Shown: positions 17,182 through 21,086 of the stretch, one piece after another | How positions within the stretch are numbered: position 1 is the first letter of the stretch | Layout of the letters: the number at the start of each line of letters is the position of its first letter | Assembly: GCA_043804515.1 (NCBI GenBank) | Contig: JAZDIZ010000079.1 | Span: forward strand, 1 to 21,086 | Direction of reading: 5' to 3' | DNA from: Pseudomonadota bacterium | Lineage (GTDB): Bacteria; Bdellovibrionota_G; JALEGL01; DATDPG01 | Length of the DNA stretch: 21,086 bases | The notes under the pieces: generated by a model | Told to the model about the DNA's origin: nothing | Database searches by the model: none | The model's input: the letters and a program-made list of their open reading frames with translations, nothing else | Program-made: the position numbers and the translations under genes

Positions 17182-18056
17182 CGCCGGACGCCGAAGGCCG
17201 TTATTACCTCACGGCATTGGAAGGGCCGCTCAAGGGGCGCGAGTTCGTCATCGTGGGCGGGGAGGTGAGGATCGGCCGGACGCGGGAGAATGACATCGTC
17301 ATCGAGGATCGAAACCTCTCGCGGCACCACGCTTCGCTCTGGGTGGAAAAGGGCGCGCTCTGGATCGCGGACCACGAAAGCAAGAACGGCATTCTCGTGA
17401 ACCGGGAGCGGATCACCTCCGCGGAACTTCGGGACGCAGACGTGGTTCAGTTGGGGAGCTCCGTTTTCCGCGTCGGAATCGACACCCCGGAAAATGGAGG
17501 CGCGGCGCTCGGCCGGCTTCCGGGCCAACTCGGCCGTCTCAAAGAGGCGGCCCGAAAAATGGGCTACCGGAGGATCGCGCTGTACGGCACGGTCCTGTGT
17601 GTTCTCGCGTATGTCTTTTCGACGTTCTCAACGGACGCCCCGAAACCGATCAAAGTCCAGAAAAGGAACTCGGCTCCCGTTCCCATGGCGGATGTGGCTG
17701 TGGCGCCGCTTCGCGCGTCCGCCGACGAAGTCACGCAGTGGCAACGGCAGGCCGAGTTGGCGCTGCGCTACGACGACATGCCCGCGGCGATCCCCCTGCT
17801 CCGAAAAGTCGTCGCCGCGAAGCCGCACGACCCGCTTCCGAGGGCCCAACTAGCCCGGGCGCAGCAGCATCTTTCCACGCTCATCCAGCAGTACGTCGAA
17901 AGCGGCGTTCGGGAGTACCAGAAAATGTATTACGATCGCGCGGTCCAAGAGTGGCAGAAGGTCCTGGCCCTTTCCGAGAACTTCGCCCCGGACACGTACC
18001 GGGAGACTGAGAGCAAAATCCGCGAAGCTCGCGCAAAATTGACCGAGAAGAGATAA
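17178..18056 (+). CDS. FHA domain-TM-TPR-like protein
   Basis: RIGRTREND..LSRHHA..SKNGILVN; TM IALYGTVLCVLAYVF; TPR-like YDRAVQEWQKVL; GGAGG RBS and GTGA overlap. Confidence 0.85.
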   Translation: MTPDAEGRYYLTALEGPLKGREFVIVGGEVRIGRTRENDIVIEDRNLSRHHASLWVEKGALWIADHESKNGILVNRERITSAELRDADVVQLGSSVFRVGIDTPENGGAALGRLPGQLGRLKEAARKMGYRRIALYGTVLCVLAYVFSTFSTDAPKPIKVQKRNSAPVPMADVAVAPLRASADEVTQWQRQAELALRYDDMPAAIPLLRKVVAAKPHDPLPRAQLARAQQHLSTLIQQYVESGVREYQKMYYDRAVQEWQKVLALSENFAPDTYRETESKIREARAKLTEKR

Positions 18057-18059
18057 TCC

Positions 18060-19937
18060 TTGGAAAATCGTTCCGCCATGCGTGTGGTCATCCAAAAAGA
18101 CGGACTGACTGTATTGACCCGGGAAATCTCGGATCAGGTCCTCTATCTGGGCCGGTCCAAGAAGAACGAGATCGTCCTGGCCGACGCCTCGGTCTCCCGC
18201 CGCCACGCGAAGCTGTTTGTGATCGAACGGCGTCTCTACCTGGAAGACCTGAAGAGCGTGAACGGAACGCTCTTGGGCGGAGAGAGAATCCGCCGCGCGG
18301 AACTCAAGGAAGGCGATTCTTTTGCAGTCGGCCCGTTCGAGGTGAAGGTCGAAGCCTCCGGATCCGAGGATCCACGCACCACGGAGCTTGCCGACCAGGA
18401 CGCGGACACGACATTCGCCGAGGCCACGACGGACACGGCTCCTCCCGAAAACACCCTGTCTCCGCCGGCGACGCCCTCCCCAACCAAGCCCGTGGCCGGC
18501 CCCGAACCGGTCTCCTCCTCCACGCCCGGAACGGACGATTTTTTCGAAGCGATCGCCGTGCGCCCCCAGAGTCAGGAACCGAAGGCGCTCAAGGCTTTCT
18601 TAAAGAGCGCGCCGAAGGCGGCGGAACCCACGCCTGCCCAGCTCCTTCCGGTGGAGCGGTCCGCGCGCCTGGTGCGTTTGGACGGGCCCGATGCCGGCAC
18701 CTCCGTGCCGCTGAACAAACCGGAGGTGACGATCGGGAGGGCCAATGAAAACGACGTTGTCGTGCGGGACGAGGAGGTTTCCTCCGCGCAAGCCGCCATC
18801 GAGAACACCGGCGACGGGTTCGTGATCAAGGACAAAAAAGATTCGACCGGCACATTCGTGGACGGCGTCCCCGTCCGAACGCGGGAACTCGAAAATCACG
18901 ACGTGGTCCAGGTGGGAAGGGCTCAATTCGAGTATGTGGAGGGCGCATCCCGTTCGCGCGCCGAGCGGCCCCGCGTTATGGAACGCTCCCCGATCGCCGG
19001 CAGCGTTCCCCGGATCCGCCTCCCGATCAAGCTGCCTCCCTTTCTGAAGGATTGGCGCCTGCTCCCTATTTTGGGCGTCGCGTTCGCCTTTCTTGTCATC
19101 TGGTTTCTGAGCCCTCCGCAACCCCAACGGAAACCCATGCCGGCCCCTCCTTCGACACCGGCCCAGCCCCAAGCTTCGGAGGAGGAGCGGGACCGCCTCG
19201 TACGTCACAACCTGAAGCGGGCCCACGAACTGATCGAGCAGAAAAAATACGATGAGGCGGAATCGCGGCTGAACAACATCCTCGAAAAGGTCGCGCCGGG
19301 CCAGCCCGACGCTTCGGCGCTTCTTTCCGACCTGACCGGCAGGCGCTTGAAGGCCGAAACAGAGGCCCGGGCGCGGCGGGAAGAAAGGGAGGCGTCCGCC
19401 GGACTAGGGCAGGCCCCGAAAACGAAGAAAGGGGCCCAGAGGGGGAGTCCGAAGCTCAAGAAGCTCTACCAGGAAGGCGTGATGAAGTTCGAGTCGGGTG
19501 ACCTGGTGGGCGCTGAAAAAGCGCTCCGGACGGTGGCTGCGCAACTCAACATGTATCAGGACTCGGCAAAAAAACTCCTGGCCGAGATCGGAACGCAGGA
19601 CGAGGCCATCGTGAAACGAAAGATGGCGGCTGTCCATGTGACCGATGATCCGAACGACCTGTTGGCGTCGTATGCGGAGCTCAAGAAGATCACGTCCGCG
19701 CACCCGGAGAACCTGGAAGCGGCACAGATGAAGAAGAAGGTGACGGACAGCCTCGAAACAAAGGCAAGAAAAGCCTACATGGATGGGATCACGTTCCTGG
19801 AGGTGGTGGAGGACCGCCCCTCGGCCTTGGAGCGCTTTGTGGAGGCCTTGCGCCTTTCCCCCGATCCCAAGAGCCTTTACCGCGCGAAGGCCCAAAAGAA
19901 GGTGAACGAGCTCAAATCCGGCACGGACAACCCATAA
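18060..19937 (+). CDS. Double-FHA-TM-TPR-like protein
   Basis: FHA1 LGR..VSRRHA..SVNGT; Thr/Pro-rich linker; degenerate FHA2 IGR..VSSAQA..STGT; TM LLPILGVAFAFLVIWFL; helical TPR-like C-terminus. Alternative start ATG 18078. Confidence 0.85.
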   Translation: MENRSAMRVVIQKDGLTVLTREISDQVLYLGRSKKNEIVLADASVSRRHAKLFVIERRLYLEDLKSVNGTLLGGERIRRAELKEGDSFAVGPFEVKVEASGSEDPRTTELADQDADTTFAEATTDTAPPENTLSPPATPSPTKPVAGPEPVSSSTPGTDDFFEAIAVRPQSQEPKALKAFLKSAPKAAEPTPAQLLPVERSARLVRLDGPDAGTSVPLNKPEVTIGRANENDVVVRDEEVSSAQAAIENTGDGFVIKDKKDSTGTFVDGVPVRTRELENHDVVQVGRAQFEYVEGASRSRAERPRVMERSPIAGSVPRIRLPIKLPPFLKDWRLLPILGVAFAFLVIWFLSPPQPQRKPMPAPPSTPAQPQASEEERDRLVRHNLKRAHELIEQKKYDEAESRLNNILEKVAPGQPDASALLSDLTGRRLKAETEARARREEREASAGLGQAPKTKKGAQRGSPKLKKLYQEGVMKFESGDLVGAEKALRTVAAQLNMYQDSAKKLLAEIGTQDEAIVKRKMAAVHVTDDPNDLLASYAELKKITSAHPENLEAAQMKKKVTDSLETKARKAYMDGITFLEVVEDRPSALERFVEALRLSPDPKSLYRAKAQKKVNELKSGTDNP

Positions 19938-19956
19938 GTCCGAAGAATTCACGAGG

Positions 19957-20209
19957 GAAACGGCATATTTGCCATTCAAACTGCCGAAAGCCCAGCGTCT
20001 GAGTGCGAGCCGGCGAGCACGAACACACGTCGGCAGTTTGCTCGGAGTTGGGCGCGGCAAACCTGCCGTTGTGTCGAATGCTACGCCAGCTTGCATTCGA
20101 GCCATCTTATTTCTGGCAGGTTTGCAATGCTCAGTCCTCATTGGCCTTTCAAGCCAACTCCGGTCTGTGCTCAGCGCCCGCCTTGATCTGCGCCAAATCT
20201 GACCGTTTC
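19957..20209. other. Structured intergenic element (candidate ncRNA or MITE/REP-derived element)
   Basis: Five nested complementary segment pairs of 7-11 bp found by eye (see findings). Identity unknown. Confidence 0.55.
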
Positions 20210-20337
20210 GTAGTGACTTGAGGCGTCTGACAAATAATCCGGGGCAGGTAGGGCTATCCTCAAATTCGCTCAACTGCTCATATTTGGCACAAGGAAACGG
20301 GGACGGAGGGAGAGAGCCTGAAAGAAAAAGTCTTATA

Positions 20338-20391
20338 TTTTAACAAGTTAACAATTCAGAACGACCAGGATGGGTTGGCCCAAGCCTTGCT
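20338..20391 (+). promoter_or_regulatory. Candidate sigma-54 promoter with upstream IHF-like site
   Basis: TTGGCCCAAGCCTTGCT (20375-20391; GG-N10-GC). TTTTAACAAGTTA (20338-20350) resembles WATCAANNNNTTR with 2 mismatches, inside an AT-rich tract. Confidence 0.55.
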
Positions 20392-20406
20392 TTTTAACCT
20401 TCCGTA

Positions 20407-20643
20407 ATGAGCCGAAACAGGTTCAGTCGAAGAACGGAAGGGGGCCAGGTTGCGTTGGAATTTGCGCTTCTGGCCGTGGTGGTCGTAGCGATCTCCGGTC
20501 TCTTCTTCGTGTTTTATCAGTCGTTCGTCGGCGTGAACCTTCACGGCAACAGTTACGCAAGCACGTTCGGCATAAAACTGCCGAACAACATGGAAGACAA
20601 GGCGTTCGGTCTGGAAATGGCCGTTTCGCTGCCCTTCCCGTAA
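20407..20643 (+). CDS. TadE-like minor pilin
   Basis: Basic leader followed by G|QVALEFALLAVVVV prepilin motif and a hydrophobic helix. Confidence 0.78.
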   Translation: MSRNRFSRRTEGGQVALEFALLAVVVVAISGLFFVFYQSFVGVNLHGNSYASTFGIKLPNNMEDKAFGLEMAVSLPFP

Positions 20644-20668
20644 CCGAGAGGAAAATAGGAGGAACATC

Positions 20669-20863
20669 ATGAACTTCAGGTCACTCAAAAAAAGAACCCG
20701 CGGACAAACAACTCTGGAATATGCGTTGGTAATCGCCGTGATCGCAGTGGGCGTCATCATCCTGGGCAAGGCCATCTTCGCCGGAAAAGACGGGGCGGCA
20801 GACAAACTGATGCGCGGTGCGGTGCAATCGGCGCAAGGGACGTTCCAGAGTGCGGAGCCCTAA
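20669..20863 (+). CDS. flp: Flp/Fap-type pilin (probable major pilin)
   Basis: RG|QTTLEYALVIAVIAVGVII Flp motif; 64 aa; strong AGGAGG RBS at 20657-20662. Confidence 0.82.
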   Translation: MNFRSLKKRTRGQTTLEYALVIAVIAVGVIILGKAIFAGKDGAADKLMRGAVQSAQGTFQSAEP

Positions 20864-20928
20864 CAGCGGGAACCAGGTTTGGAACTCACGGGGCAACTCT
20901 TAGATAAAAAGCCCGGTTAGTTCCTCTG

Positions 20929-20967
20929 CCGTCGGGGCGACCTCCTCCGCCCCGACGGTCTCTTCTT
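20929..20967 (+). terminator. GC-rich hairpin after the pilin gene (leaky terminator or mRNA stabiliser)
   Basis: CCGTCGGGGCG (20929-20939) / CGCCCCGACGG (20948-20958), 8-nt loop, then TCTCTTCTT. Confidence 0.65.
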
Positions 20968-20992
20968 GGGAACGGAAGGAACGGTGGGAGAG

Positions 20993-21086
20993 ATGGCTCG
21001 AGGGCGCTACAGAATTCGAAATCCGAGGGAGCGTGCTGTAGCCACACTCGAATTCAGCCTGCTCACGCCGCTTCTCTTTCTTCTCT
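20993..21086 (+). CDS. TadE-like minor pilin, N-terminus (3'-truncated by window)
   Basis: MARGRYRIRNPRERA|VATLEFSLLTPLLFL..., read by hand; EF motif; GGGAG upstream. Not in the ORF track. Confidence 0.75.
   Translation, partial: MARGRYRIRNPRERAVATLEFSLLTPLLFLL

Noticed and set aside
19976..20125. c-di-GMP-I (GEMM) riboswitch, suggested by GGCAAACC and CAAACTGCCGAAAG upstream of pilins
   Set aside because: No properly closed GAAA tetraloop followed by the GACGCAAAGC junction; these segments pair with distant partners instead.
19404..20273. ORFs crossing the 19938-20406 intergenic region (19404-20273 -, 19969-20202 +, 20003-20221 +)
   Set aside because: No motifs and weak starts; the longest is antisense to the FHA gene.
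20284..20300. Second sigma-54 site at TTGGCAC
   Set aside because: No GC at the -12 position.

Overview
GC-rich bacterial chromosomal window. Gene content (PEGA/TPR surface proteins, a VegA-like Cys/His protein, Tad genes fused with FHA proteins, sigma-54-type sites) suggests a Myxococcota/Bdellovibrionota-like former deltaproteobacterium; this is inference only. Left to right: (1) the 3' end of an HNH endonuclease gene that the ORF track misses; (2) a minus-strand run of two PEGA/TPR paralogues, hpnC-hpnD-hpnE (squalene synthesis), a class II aldolase and an M24 peptidase; (3) a plus-strand GT2 + FAD oxidoreductase pair; (4) a REP-like repeat cluster; (5) a minus-strand operon of a small zinc-finger protein, a third PEGA/TPR paralogue and a DUF2298 'YYY' membrane protein; (6) a plus-strand Tad-like locus of tadC, DUF192 and three FHA-domain membrane proteins, a ~250-nt highly base-paired intergenic element, and a TadE-like/Flp/TadE-like pilin run cut by the window end. 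The most promising items are the FHA-loaded, Kil-like Tad module, the unexplained nested-helix element upstream of the pilins, and the three PEGA paralogues that share a Trp-rich C-terminal anchor and enclose a lipid-linked glycosylation cassette.
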